A DNA stretch of 64,000 nt from Rhynchopus sp. YZ270_cl-10 (Eukaryota). The stretch covers positions 930,001 through 994,000 of the forward strand of contig OZ037844.1 in assembly GCA_964035575.1 (NCBI GenBank), written 5' to 3'. Shown piece after piece: positions 35,448 to 47,195 of this stretch (positions are counted from its first letter, which is position 1; each line of letters begins with the position of its first letter). A program made the translations under genes and the position numbers. The notes below the pieces were generated by a model. That model was not told the DNA's origin, made no database searches, and saw only the letters and a program-made list of their open reading frames with translations.

Positions 35448-37352
35448 TTATTGACAAAACATTGCCTCCACACTCTCGTATTCTTTGAGCACAGGGGGGA
35501 GTGACACCATCGTGGGGGCCACCGTCCCGCGAGTGAACTCGTCAGCACGTTGACTTAAAGTGTCCACCCACGTGGCGGATACACACATGTTTGCTGTCTT
35601 TGCAGTGTCAAAAATCGCACACAGCAGCTCGTTAGCTAGATAATTCTTGCTGTGACCTTTGTTTATAGCTGCCACTGCAGCGGCGTTGTCGACCTGAAGA
35701 GACACTTCATGATTAGGGTGGTTTGCGGCCGCTAACCGAACGGCTAGCCAAGCAGCGTATAGCTCTTTCAGGTATATGTGATGTTTCTCAGGATCTGGAA
35801 ACACACCCTGAACAACAGGTTCGAAAAACTCAGATTCTATTAAAGCAGCCCACTCGCGGTCCGAGGCATCTGACCAAGTCACCACGGTGGGTCTCTCTGG
35901 TTGGTCTACAATCCAGTCATTACAACGCATCACAGACACTATGCCTGTGAATTCTGAGATAACAGATGGGGGGATAAAAAGTTGAACATCCCACTTTTGT
36001 GGGTCAATAGCAAGTAAAGACGCGGTACGCCGCAGAAAAGAAAGAGAATCACGGTAATAACACAAATTCCGTTTGGTACAATACAAAAACCACACGAAAC
36101 CTCCCAATACTTTGTAGAAATCCCGGGCAGTGCAGTCGTCTTTCAACACCGCACTGAGAACGGGGGATTCCACACACTTCTCAATCCAGTCAGGGGCAGC
36201 ACGGTACCGTCTTGGGGAACTCGCCAAGTCAAACTCCAGGCCCAAAGCGCAAAAGTTCGTCCTAGGCACTCCCTCTCCCTCGTCGTCATTCAGCTCGGCA
36301 CCGACACGTTCAGCGCGTCGGAGGAACGAAGAGTAGCGCCTCTCTGCCTCCTGCAAGGTATTGCCCACGACAAAGAAGTTGTCCACCCAAGGTATCCCTT
36401 CATCCTCTGGCAGCAACACCATAGCCGAGCGGTGCGCGATGCACGGCGCCCAACTCCACCCCATGCACAGCACGTTGAGCTTTGCCCTCACAAAGGGTCC
36501 GCGTGCACCTGCCAGGTTCACTCCAAAGAAATCGTCCACACCATCTGCCAGCGGAAACTGGTAAAACCAGCTCCGCCCATCAGCTTGCACCACGTACGCA
36601 CTGTCCAGAAACCTCTTCACTACCTTATGTATGGAAGGTAGATACATGGGAGGGGGGTCACGCATCAGGCGGTTCAGCTTCCGACCGTCGCAGACCAGCC
36701 TCAGTCCCCGCACCTTCTTCGGCACGGTGAAGGCGGGAAGTATCACCTTCTGCTCGCCAGACCGAGACATCACACCCCACTTCTGCAGCTTCCCCCAGTG
36801 GCGCAGCATATGCCTGGAAGTCCCTCTCTTTACCGGGACTGACGACTCCAGGACTTTTCGGCCCTCCTCGGTGAGGGCTGCCGTGAAGGCTTCGGGGGAC
36901 CGGATCACGTCGAGGACTCCTGTCAGAAGACCTTGAGAGTCCATCGCCGTTAGGGCATCCAGGTCCAACCTAGCACGGGAGATCTCCGCCAGCTCCCCCT
37001 CAGCGCGTTCGGCGGGAGCAGACACAAAGCGGCGATCCAAAACAATCGTTGCCTCCCCGTACAGGAGCACAACATCAGGCCCATCGTCCTCCTCCGTCCT
37101 CCTCGGGAGCGCGGGCGGTGGTGGAGGCGCGTACATCTTCGGCGGCGCTCCGAATGTCGGGAAAGCAGGACGCAATGGTGGTGCACGCGCTCTTCTCCAG
37201 CGTCGTACCCACACACAGGGCCTCAAGCCACACTGCAGCGGAGGGTGCGTCAGCGAGGGCCCAACTGCTCCTGCGACGCACTGCACGACGGCAACCCGTG
37301 CTCCTCCTCGTCCCCTGCCACCCCGCGCACGAGTCCTACTCCTCCGTGCCAT
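35448..37352 (-). CDS. Reverse transcriptase-RNase H, DIRS/VIPER/TATE-like
   Basis: RT motifs LRLVCDGRKLN, DGRSWFYQFPL, LCMGWSWAP, WVDN and LGLEFD. RNase H motifs WSDAS, HIYLKEL, QVDN and RADEFTR. 634 aa with no stops. Confidence 0.88.
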   Translation of the reverse strand: MARRSRTRARGGRGRGGARVAVVQCVAGAVGPSLTHPPLQCGLRPCVWVRRWRRARAPPLRPAFPTFGAPPKMYAPPPPPALPRRTEEDDGPDVVLLYGEATIVLDRRFVSAPAERAEGELAEISRARLDLDALTAMDSQGLLTGVLDVIRSPEAFTAALTEEGRKVLESSVPVKRGTSRHMLRHWGKLQKWGVMSRSGEQKVILPAFTVPKKVRGLRLVCDGRKLNRLMRDPPPMYLPSIHKVVKRFLDSAYVVQADGRSWFYQFPLADGVDDFFGVNLAGARGPFVRAKLNVLCMGWSWAPCIAHRSAMVLLPEDEGIPWVDNFFVVGNTLQEAERRYSSFLRRAERVGAELNDDEGEGVPRTNFCALGLEFDLASSPRRYRAAPDWIEKCVESPVLSAVLKDDCTARDFYKVLGGFVWFLYCTKRNLCYYRDSLSFLRRTASLLAIDPQKWDVQLFIPPSVISEFTGIVSVMRCNDWIVDQPERPTVVTWSDASDREWAALIESEFFEPVVQGVFPDPEKHHIYLKELYAAWLAVRLAAANHPNHEVSLQVDNAAAVAAINKGHSKNYLANELLCAIFDTAKTANMCVSATWVDTLSQRADEFTRGTVAPTMVSLPPVLKEYESVEAMFCQ

Positions 37353-37539
37353 ATTTATTCGGTAACGAAGTTAAAAAATTTTTCGTTGACCGCAGCCATT
37401 TAGGCTCTTTGCCTATGACGCACATGATAATGGATGAGGGGGAGGATTCAAAAGGAAAAAGCGTAAAGACAGATCTATCGTTGGTTTTAAATATGTTTAG
37501 TTTCCAATCACACTTCGTGTGTGCAAAAAAAAAAAAAAA

Positions 37540-38356
37540 CACGGTATGGTCGCGATCGCGCGCCATGAGACTGCGATCGCGCGCGATCTGGGGAAAATCG
37601 CGATCGCGCAAAAAATAGCGCGATCGCGTGCGATCGCGCGATCGCTCGACGGTGAACCCAACGTGCCTTCGCTGGTTATTGCCTCATAGGGAAAAGGACT
37701 CTCAATTTTTATTTTTTTGCCCTATGTAGGCCTAATTTCGACGATTTGAGGCCATTGAAAGCAAAATTTGGCACTTTTGAGCTTCTGTGGGGGTCTAAAA
37801 CGCGGGTTTCCGCAGCCGATTTTTCGTGGTTTTTACCAAAGACAAGTCGATTTTTGACCAATTTTTCACAAAAAAAAAAAAAAATTTTTTTTTTTTGTGA
37901 AGGAAATCGCTCAGAAAATTGGCTATGTACGTGTTCTAGCTACTACATACACCGGTATGACCAAAATGACCGTATTTTGGCTGAAATTTCGACTTGACAA
38001 TTTTTTTCTCGATTTGGTCAATCCAAGGTTTTCTTGAATGGTACTTTAACTTAAGCGATACTTCGTTATGTCATTGGGGGGGACCCTTGACTCTGGCACT
38101 CTGGGTGTACCTGTGTACCTGTGTACCCCAGTGCCAGAGTCAGGCGCAGGCCACCGTGTATCGCTCTTTGGTTTTTTTTGCCCACAAAAATTTTTTTTTC
38201 CTGCACAAAAAAAAATTTTCCCCCACAAAAAAATTTTTTCCCCAGGGCGATCGCGCGCGATCGCCACTTTTTCGTGTGTGCGATCGCGACAATTTTTGCG
38301 CGATCGCGATCGCGTGCGATCGCGGTCTCATGGCGCGCGATCGCCACCATACCGTG
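37540..38356. mobile_element. hAT-like MITE with CGCGATCG subterminal repeats
   Basis: TIR CACGGTATGGT...CGCGCCATGAGAC is inverted at the right end; inserted in a poly-A run. Confidence 0.8.
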
Positions 38357-38985
38357 AAAAAAAAAAAAAAAAAAAAAAAGCGTTGCGATATCGTTGGCCT
38401 GTACCAGCTACGTTACGCGCAGGAGATGAATAACATTAGTTATTTCGTTTATCGTGTGGAGCAAAGAACCCCAAAGAAAACATGCAAGACGAATGTACCT
38501 CATTGTGCACACACATCTTACCAAACAAAAATAGGGATGGACAACATACGTTGCCTTCTTTTCTCCCTTTTTTGCAAGTGTCTCGTTTTCAAGATCGGAA
38601 CCTGCAGCGTCTTTTCCAGAGTGCTGACGAGCTCGACACAGGGTATGATGGGTATAGCTGGAAGAAACATAAAAGAACAGACACTTAAAATATGTGAAGG
38701 AAAACAAAGTGAGAAAAAGGCGCACTTCAGCACAGTGCCTGAAAGGAACTGTCTCTGCTGCATCTTCACAGTGACCATGAATGCTGCCTGAGTTATAAAA
38801 ATTGACCCATTGAGCTACGTTAAAGACAGTTCAGACCCACAAGGTTTGCATTTTGGACAGTTCAGCACGGCAACATTGAAAGCTTCTCAGGACAGTGAAA
38901 GAAAGCACGAAAAAGCGGAAAGTTGACGCAATCCCATCACCAAATAGCAGCCTGTGGATGGCGACATGTTCTGCCTGTTGCAGTG

Positions 38986-41232
38986 TCAGGAGCATGTTGA
39001 TTCGGATGCGAAGCAGCGGCGTGGGCGGCTGGGGGTGCTGGTGTGGGTCACTTCGAGGACGTTGTCGTGTCTGTTGCTGCCGTACTCGTACACACCGACT
39101 GTGGTGCTGGGCTTCATGATCTCCGCAAGAGATGCTGGCAGCGACGTGCCCATCGGCGGTGCGTACAGGAACACCTTTGCCAGGGACACAGCCTCTTCGC
39201 ACAGCGCCCAGCTGCGCTGCACAGACGGCCCCATCACCGTCAGGAAGCGCTGTGTGCGTGACCCCACGTCGCCGTGTTCTGTTGGCCCACTCGCAAGACC
39301 CGCACCCGCAAGTGCCGTCCTGCTGTGGACACGTTCCATAAAGTGCACAGCGTTCTCAGCATGTGCCTGTGTCGCACGAGCAAGGTTCCACCCAACACAC
39401 ACACGGCTCCCCAGCAGCGACACCAATGTACCCCCACTCTGGTCCAACGCAGTCATCAGGACCGACATCACATTGCTCATGTCCTGCAACGCTCCCCCAC
39501 ACTCATCCGCACGCACAACCACCTCCACCTCCAACACACCCACAGTCGCAACAGCAGACACACGTGTTCGTGCAAGTGTCTCACACATACTGTGCGCCAC
39601 CTCACCGTCAGTCGTGTAACGCATGGTGCTCTTCATAAACGGCAGCAGTGGCATCGTCTCAGGCTGGAGCGGGTCAAACCTCCTCTCTGCAAGCGAAGGT
39701 GGCCACACACAGCACACAAGCACAGGCTCTGCCACACCCTTCAGCTCAAGTGCCTCTGCCGCGCCTGCCACCCCCACACAGCCGCCACAGTGCTGCTCCC
39801 ACAGGTCCGCAGGCACAGCAACAGCACCCGGTGTGCACGTGCTCTCGATGCGTGCTGCCACGTTCACAGTGTGGCCGAAGTAGTCAGTCCGTCCCGTCAG
39901 TGCGTTCTGCTCCGCAGCCACAGGGCCGCTGTTCACACCAATGCGCACCGTGAGCCCACCCCACAGGTTGCCACGTTCAGCACAGATCGGCACCTCCATC
40001 AACGACGCAGGCCAGTCCGCAGCACGGAGCATCTCGTGCACATTCAGCCCAAAGTCAACACCTTCTTGCGTGGTCTCGAAGGCAACCATGAAGGCGTCAC
40101 CGATTGTCTTCACCTCGTAGCCACTAAACATCTGCATCGCAGTCCGCATCACCGAGTTGTGGATCCACAGCCCATCCCGCATCCCGTCAGGTGCGCCTTC
40201 CCAGATCGACGTGGACGAGCGGATGTCTGTGAACACCACCGTCACTTCCTCGCTGTGTGCACCAGGTGCCGACACAACGCTCTGGACAGACATCTGGTCG
40301 TCTCTGTCGAACAGTGCAGCAGGGAGGTAGGGGCGGTAACGCCGCAGGTTCAGCTCCATCGTCTCGAGTGTTGCATGCATCTCAGGGGGCAGCAGCACCT
40401 TGCGTGCATCCAGCATGCGTGCCACACCGTCCACGTCGTACTTCGCCAACAGCGCTGTGATCTCCTGCACTGCACTGATGGTGCGCTGCATGGCCGCCTG
40501 CTCCTTCATCACTGTCGTTGCAAACCCTCGTGTGATGACAAAGTCCATCAAAAATACACACAAGGACAGGGCTATGTTGGTTGGCGGGAAAGGCACAGCG
40601 CATGGCAGAGTGTCGCACGCCAGCATGTCCTCGTAGTACTCACGCCTCACCTCCTGCGTGCCAAAACCTGGAATGTCAAGAAGCCCAAAACGGAAGCTCT
40701 CCTCGACTGCGATTGTCACGAGGTACACCACTGTGAAGGCCACCAACCCGAAGGTGTACTTCGTGGGCGTTTGCAGCACCAGCATCTCGTCAATCACGAC
40801 CACGAGCAACGGCCATCCTGGGTTGCCAATGCTCCGTCCGGAAAGGTCGTACACGAACACGCCAAGTGCCTGGGCCAAAAGCATGGTCACAACAAGCGGA
40901 ACGGGCATCTGCTTCTTGAAGGATATCAAGAATACAAAAGCAGCATTCATAATCGTAAATAGCACACCTGCCACGTAAAAGGACGGCACGTCATTCGCTG
41001 TCTCGTAGATGGACAAAAAATTCAGCACATTCCCAAATAAGCCAACAGTCGAAGAGACAAAAATGATTTTGCGTCCCGACTGTGCTTGTTTCCCCAGCGT
41101 CCCGTCCACTGAGATCATGTTCTTAAACCAATCCATGCTCGCCATCTTCATCTTCGCCATGTGGTTGTGTTCCTCCCTAGTTGGGGTGGGGTGTATCAAA
41201 AGGGGTGGGGAAGCGTAGGACTCATCAGACAT
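38986..41232 (-). CDS. 6-TM receptor-type class III adenylate cyclase, paralogue 3
   Basis: Same architecture and catalytic motifs; intact frame. Confidence 0.93.
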   Translation of the reverse strand: MSDESYASPPLLIHPTPTREEHNHMAKMKMASMDWFKNMISVDGTLGKQAQSGRKIIFVSSTVGLFGNVLNFLSIYETANDVPSFYVAGVLFTIMNAAFVFLISFKKQMPVPLVVTMLLAQALGVFVYDLSGRSIGNPGWPLLVVVIDEMLVLQTPTKYTFGLVAFTVVYLVTIAVEESFRFGLLDIPGFGTQEVRREYYEDMLACDTLPCAVPFPPTNIALSLCVFLMDFVITRGFATTVMKEQAAMQRTISAVQEITALLAKYDVDGVARMLDARKVLLPPEMHATLETMELNLRRYRPYLPAALFDRDDQMSVQSVVSAPGAHSEEVTVVFTDIRSSTSIWEGAPDGMRDGLWIHNSVMRTAMQMFSGYEVKTIGDAFMVAFETTQEGVDFGLNVHEMLRAADWPASLMEVPICAERGNLWGGLTVRIGVNSGPVAAEQNALTGRTDYFGHTVNVAARIESTCTPGAVAVPADLWEQHCGGCVGVAGAAEALELKGVAEPVLVCCVWPPSLAERRFDPLQPETMPLLPFMKSTMRYTTDGEVAHSMCETLARTRVSAVATVGVLEVEVVVRADECGGALQDMSNVMSVLMTALDQSGGTLVSLLGSRVCVGWNLARATQAHAENAVHFMERVHSRTALAGAGLASGPTEHGDVGSRTQRFLTVMGPSVQRSWALCEEAVSLAKVFLYAPPMGTSLPASLAEIMKPSTTVGVYEYGSNRHDNVLEVTHTSTPSRPRRCFASESTCS

Positions 41233-41768
41233 CTTCTTGCTGTCTGCGACACGCATGCTCGGACACCTTCGTCGCCACTCATCAGCAGCGAAGGCTGAAG
41301 GGTGTTGACATAGTATCAGGTGCCCACAGGGAGAGACAGAAACGACACCTTCGTGAGTTCATATGAAAAACAGTTTCTTTTTTTTCTACGTGGATGCGAT
41401 ATGTATTGAAGTGAAGTAAGGGGTACAGAGAGAGAGAGAGAGGTACAAGAGAGATCAAGAACGTTGACTTGACATACACAGCCTCTCGTGGCAGTGTATA
41501 CCTAAAGACAGCGCGAAGGATGAATGTCCTCACTGACATATTTTACTGAATTGTTGATGTGACATGAAACATCGGTGACTCAAGATTTTTGATAAAAAGA
41601 GTGAAATACAAAAACAATCGCGTGTGGAAGAAAAAAGAAGAAAATATTTGTGTTACATTTTTCCAGCGTTTTCTGCACAGTCGAATCCTTATTTTCTGTG
41701 TCGTGTAGGATTTTGCCTGGGTACCTAGGTACCTGGGTATCAGTGTACAGTGTCTAAAACCATGAAAT

Positions 41769-42192
41769 TGGTGCTTCCCGGGGGGTATGCATTTCACAAA
41801 TTTTCAATTCAATTCACAACTTTTCACAACTTTTCACCACCCTTTTTTTCTTCGTTGGTGAAGCTTTAAAATGCCGACATTTGCATTTCCGGAATCCGTC
41901 CGGCCAGTGGTGGGGTCAATTTGCCGAAATGGACAAGTTCTCGTGATTTCCGCACAGTACACAGTACACAGGTACACCACATCACGTTCTATCTTGTGAA
42001 TCCCAGCATACCCCTCAATGGGTGGGTCACCACCCAACCCAAAAAAAAACCCCCCCAAAAAAAAAAAAAAATCAATTCACAATTTTTCACCAGCCTTCAC
42101 AATTTTATAGCGGTTTTCGTGTTGTGAAAACTTGTGAAAACTTGTCACATTTTGTGAAAAATTGTGAAATGCATACCCCCCGGGAAGCACCA
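41769..42192 (+). mobile_element. TGGTG...CACCA MITE with 5-bp TSD, carrying satellite seed units
   Basis: TIR TGGTGCTTCCCGGGGGGTATGCATTTCACAA; GAAAT on both flanks; internal cacagtacacagtacacaggtacac. Inverted copy at 55683-56132. Confidence 0.85.
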
Positions 42193-43715
42193 GAAATAGT
42201 GTATTTCTGTGATCCAAACACTGGAAAAATGTAACAAAGCACTGTTTTCCCCTCGAGAACAGCCGTTTTCTCTCGAGAAAAAATAGCTATTTCTGATTGA
42301 AAGTGGCGTTTACGTTTTGGGTACGGGTCGGAAAATAAAATCTGTTCGATAAAAGAAACGCGAGCTTATTGCGTTATCTTGTTCAGACAAAAAGAGTAGA
42401 AGAGATGTGAGACAGTGAAATGATTCGCAATACAATTGTGTAATTGTGTTTAGTCTACCAAAAGACTGAAGGGTAGCACACTCAGGGTTCTCGCACTGAA
42501 GATTTTTAGTCTAAAAATCTTCAAATAAAAAATATGGAAAAAACTGTTGAAGATTTTTAACTTAAAAATCTTCACAAAAAAAAATTTTTTTGGGGTAAAT
42601 TTTTCACTCATCTTCCCACCCTCTCCCACCTGACACCCATCTCCTCGCCTGCGGCGCAAGCTTACATCACACCCTTCCCATGACATAGTTTGGCTGTAAA
42701 ATAGTGCAATTTTATGCGCAATTTTAGAAATGTTGCGTACCGTGGCTTCGCCAGGAACCTTTGGGTGCCATGGACACCGTTTCTTTCCCTGTTTCATACC
42801 CTCACAGAAGCTACATACCACCATGATATTCTGAGTCTTGGGGTATGGGGTTTTCTCGATGAGATCGAGGCGTCGTCGAGAAAGCTCGGAATACACCCAA
42901 AAACACCTGAAAACCCATTTTTTCCGGCGAAAAAAATTTTTTTTCGGGAAAAAAATTGACCCCCCGAGAAAAAAAAACGAGATCCTAGAAACAACCCTGC
43001 TCGGAAGGTCTTGTAAAAAAAAGTTTTTTGGGGTGGAAAAAAATCCTTATAATCTTAAAAGTTTTAAAAAGTGTTGAAGATTGCGAGAACCCTGAGCACA
43101 CTTTAAAAAAAAAAAAAAATGTTCAGTGACATGCGTGCGAACACATTTTGCGAAGCGGTATGACACTAAACACGATGTTGACTTGTGCAGCCCCAATGGC
43201 AAACCCGAGACAGTTGTGAGGGGGAAAGAAACAATAGAGTAGTTGAAATGTACTGAAACGCATCTCAGTCTAGCTCATCCAATGAGTGGGACGTGAGTGG
43301 TCCGTACCGTACGAGAAAGTAGGAGGTTCACAACCGCTTGGCGAATCACGCGACCTCTGTATACCCCAGACTTTTGAAAAGCAAAGAAATATTTCTTGCT
43401 TTTCTAAACGAAAAGAAGGCAAAGAGGGTGCGTAAAATGTACCCTAGTTGGTGTGGCTGACGACCCCAAAATAGCAGAAAATAGCACTTTATCGTGCTTT
43501 ATCCACCTAAAATAGCAGGGTGTTGGGAGGCGTTGGGAAGCGTTGGAAGGTGAGTCACTTTTTTTCCAACCGGCATGAGCTTTTTTCGCGTTGGTGAAGC
43601 TTTTAAACAGCCGCATTGTCATTTCCGGAATCCGTCCGCGCTGTGGTGGGGTCAATTTGCCGAAATGGACAAGTTCTGAGTACATACATGATCAATTTTC
43701 TCACACCTCACTGTG

Positions 43716-44373
43716 CACAGTATACACAGTATACACAGTATACACAGTATACACAGTATACACAGTATACACAGTATACACAGTATACACAGTATACACA
43801 GTATACACAGTATACACAGTATACACAGTATACACAGTATACACAGTATACACAGTATACACAGTATACACAGTATACACAGTATACACAGTATACACAG
43901 TATACACAGTATACACAGTATACACAGTATACACAGTATACACAGTATACACAGTATACACAGTATACACAGTATACACAGTATACACAGTATACACAGT
44001 ATACACAGTATACACAGTATACACAGTATACACAGTATACACAGTATACACAGTATACACAGTATACACAGTATACACAGTATACACAGTATACACAGTA
44101 TACACAGTATACACAGTATACACAGTATACACAGTATACACAGTATACACAGTATACACAGTATACACAGTATACACAGTATACACAGTATACACAGTAT
44201 ACACAGTATACACAGTATACACAGTATACACAGTATACACAGTATACACAGTATACACAGTATACACAGTATACACAGTATACACAGTATACACAGTATA
44301 CACAGTATACACAGTATACACAGTATACACAGTATACACAGTATACACAGTATACACAGTATACACAGCACAG
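43716..44373 (+). repeat. (CAGTATACA)n microsatellite, about 72 units
   Basis: Pure array starting about 40 bp after the conserved core module (43590-43676). Confidence 0.97.
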
Positions 44374-44597
44374 CTGGCCAAAAAAAGATCGAAAACCACT
44401 ATTTTAGTCAGTTTCGTGACATCCCAGCCAGTTCCGGCCCCGGTCTGTCAAATCTGTGTCTCTGTATGCCTACAACGAGAAGACCCCTGGTAAAAATAAA
44501 ATAAAAAAAAACCAAAAAAAAGGTGCCCCTAACCGATTCCCCGTGTTTCTACCGGTTTACCCCCCATGAACCGCTGTCACACCAATAAGTATGGACC

Positions 44598-45919
44598 CAT
44601 GGCTGTGTAACTTAAGTGACTTAAGTTTTTAAAAAAAAAAAAACTTAAGTCGCTTAAGTTACCTTAAGTCATCGTTTTTTTTTTTTTTTTTTTTTTCCCT
44701 TTTGCTTGGCTTGGGTGTGAAGCTTCAGGTGGTCTGAAGAGTGATCTGACCATATTCTCTAGGTATAACAGTCCTCAAAAAATGCATTGACGAAAGAATT
44801 TTGCACTTTTGACCACCACAGATTATGTACCTGTGTACCTGTGTACCTGTGTACCTGTGTACCTGTGTACCTGTGTACCTGTGTACCTGTGTACCTGTGT
44901 ACCTGTGTACCTGTGTACCTGTGTACCTGTGTACCTGTGTACCTGTGTACCTGTGTACCTGTGTACCTGTGTACCTGTGTACCTGTGTACCTGTGTACCT
45001 GTGTACCTGTGTACCTGTGTACCTGTGTACCTGTGTACCTGTGTACCTGTGTACCTGTGTACCTGTGTACCTGTGTACCTGTGTACCTGTGTACCTGTGT
45101 ACCTGTGTACCTGTGTACCTGTGTACCTGTGTACCTGTGTACCTGTGTACCTGTGTACCTGTGTACCTGTGTACCTGTGTACCTGTGTACCTGTGTACCT
45201 GTGTACTGTGCGGAAATTGACCAAAAACGAGAACTTGTACGTTTCGGCAAATTGACCCCACCACTGGCCGGACGGATTCCAGAAATGCAAATACCGCCGT
45301 TTAAAAGCTTCACCAACGAAAATTTTTTCCCCCAACACGTGTATCCCCTATGAGGGTGACAACTGGTAGAAACACGGGTAATCGGTTATGCAGCCACGCC
45401 AAGCATAATATTTCGTTGCAAAATATTTACGTTTCGGAAAGTGGAAAATGACTGTCATGTACCAGCCATTTTACCATCGATATTTCACTGTCATGTCTAC
45501 TCCGAATAATCGCCCCTCACGTGTGCACTTGACCGCACGCGGGTGCAGTGATAAGTCCGATTTGATTGGGTGGTCACCCTCATTTGGAATTTTCAGTAGG
45601 GATGCTGCATCAGGAAACTACGGGTATCCGGCCCCTTCAGTGAAGTTCATCGTCCAAGCAAAAACAAAAACAAAAAAAAAATACAAAAAAAAAACGGTAA
45701 CTTAAGCTAACTTAAGTGACTTAAGTTGGTAACTTAAGCTGTTTTTTTATAAAAAAAACTTAAGTTACGTTTTTTTCCTAAAAAAACTTAAGTTTTTTTC
45801 TCGAAAACTTAAGTTTTTTAATTTAAGTTTTTTTTTTCAGTAGCTTAAGTCGCCTAAATTTTCCGGAGGATTTCGGAAAAAACTTAAGTTTTTTTTTTAG
45901 CTTAAGTTACACAGCCATG
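44598..45919. mobile_element. TIR element CATGGCTGTGTAACTTAAG with 6-bp TSD
   Basis: TGGACC duplicated at 44592 and 45920; the paralogous empty site taagtaTGGACCtattgggg is at about 59311; CTTAAG subterminal repeats. Confidence 0.88.
44826..45210 (-). repeat. (CAGGTACA)n microsatellite, about 47 units
   Basis: Pure 8-bp array (GTACCTGT on the plus strand) abutting an inverted core module at 45210-45320. Confidence 0.97.
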
Positions 45920-46805
45920 TGGACCTATTGGGGTTTTTTTATTTTATGGGCCAATTTTTCTGGTACATATTTTTTCAAAACACGGTTCGTTTATCGGGTG
46001 GGACAAGAAGAGCAAAGAAACCCAAAGAAAACATGCAAGACGAATGTACCTCATTGTGCACACACATCCTACCAAACAAAAATAGGGATGGACAACATAC
46101 GTTGCCTTCTTTGTTTCTCCCTTTTTTGCATGTGTCTCGTTTTCTAGATCGGAACCTGCAGCGTCTTTTTCAGAGTGCTGACAAGCTCGACACAGGGTAT
46201 GATGGGTATAGCTGGAAGAAACATAAAGGAACAGATACTAAAAATATGATAAGGGAAGCAGAGGAGAAAATTGCACTTCAGCACAGTGCCTGAGAGTAAC
46301 TGCCTCTGCTGCATCTTGCCACTGACCATGATGCTGTCCTTTTCAAGATTGGGACTTGGAGCGTCTTGTTCTAAGTGCTGACAAGCCCGACACAGGATGT
46401 ATGATGGGTATAGCTAGAAGAAACATAAAAGAACAGACTAGTGCTCCCGCTAGGGAAAAAGCCGGCTATATATGACCAGGGGTCGGGTGGCACCTTTTAG
46501 TGGCTCGAAAGCCGCTGAACACGCCTACCGGTTTAGCGGTTTTGGCAGTGTCTCTTTTGGCGGGGGTTGGGGGAGGGTCAATTTTCCCATCTGGGCTTTG
46601 GGGTCTTTCCTCGGCGATGGGTGGTTGGGTCGGGGAGATTCTTTCATTAAAGAGGGAGAAATACCTGTGTCGTAAGCAAAATTGGCTTTCACCATGTCCA
46701 CAAAACAAATTCCTGCCCAGCACATTAAAATCAAAGGAAAACTTTGGTTGAGTATCAGACAGGAACTTGTCCTGCCACTGCTTTGAAAAGGGTCACACGA
46801 AAGGT
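45920..46805. repeat. About 0.9-kb segmental duplication with 59317-60205
   Basis: Near-identical sequence downstream of paralogues 4 and 5. Confidence 0.9.
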
Positions 46806-47195
46806 TTTTACACTCCACTCACATTATAGCGCAATATCGTGTATTCTAATAGGGTGAAACAAGCGCACACCTTATCTCACGTTACTCATATTTTCACACG
46901 TTTCTCACTTTTCCGCGGTGTGAAAAAGTGAGGGAAAAAAAGGCTTTTTTTGCGCGTTTTTTTCCCGCGGTTGACAACTACCCCGTTGAACTACCTAGGT
47001 GAGTGAGAAGCCTGCGCACCTCACGAAGGGTCCAAAGGGTTCATGACCACTACAAGGCTTGGAGGGTCTCTAATTTCGTATGCACTCTTGATGCTACACT
47101 CAGGGCATGTCTCGGTCATGAAGGAAGCTTGACTGTCACGTCACCTGATAGTCCCATCTGGTGGGCATGGCATATCCTCATGTCCCCTCCCTTTA

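Larger units (their letters stand above)
34293..37396 (-). mobile_element. YR-retrotransposon-like (DIRS/VIPER/TATE group) unit carrying only RT-RNase H
   Basis: An 18-bp direct repeat TTTTTCGTTGACCGCAGC at 34293 and 37379 brackets the RT ORF and its 3' repeats. Confidence 0.55.

Noticed and set aside
35448..41232. Diversity-generating retroelement (RT beside variable receptor genes)
   Set aside because: The RT is DIRS-like with RNase H, not DGR-type. I saw no non-coding template repeat matching the variable TM region, and the variation looks like paralogue mosaicism.
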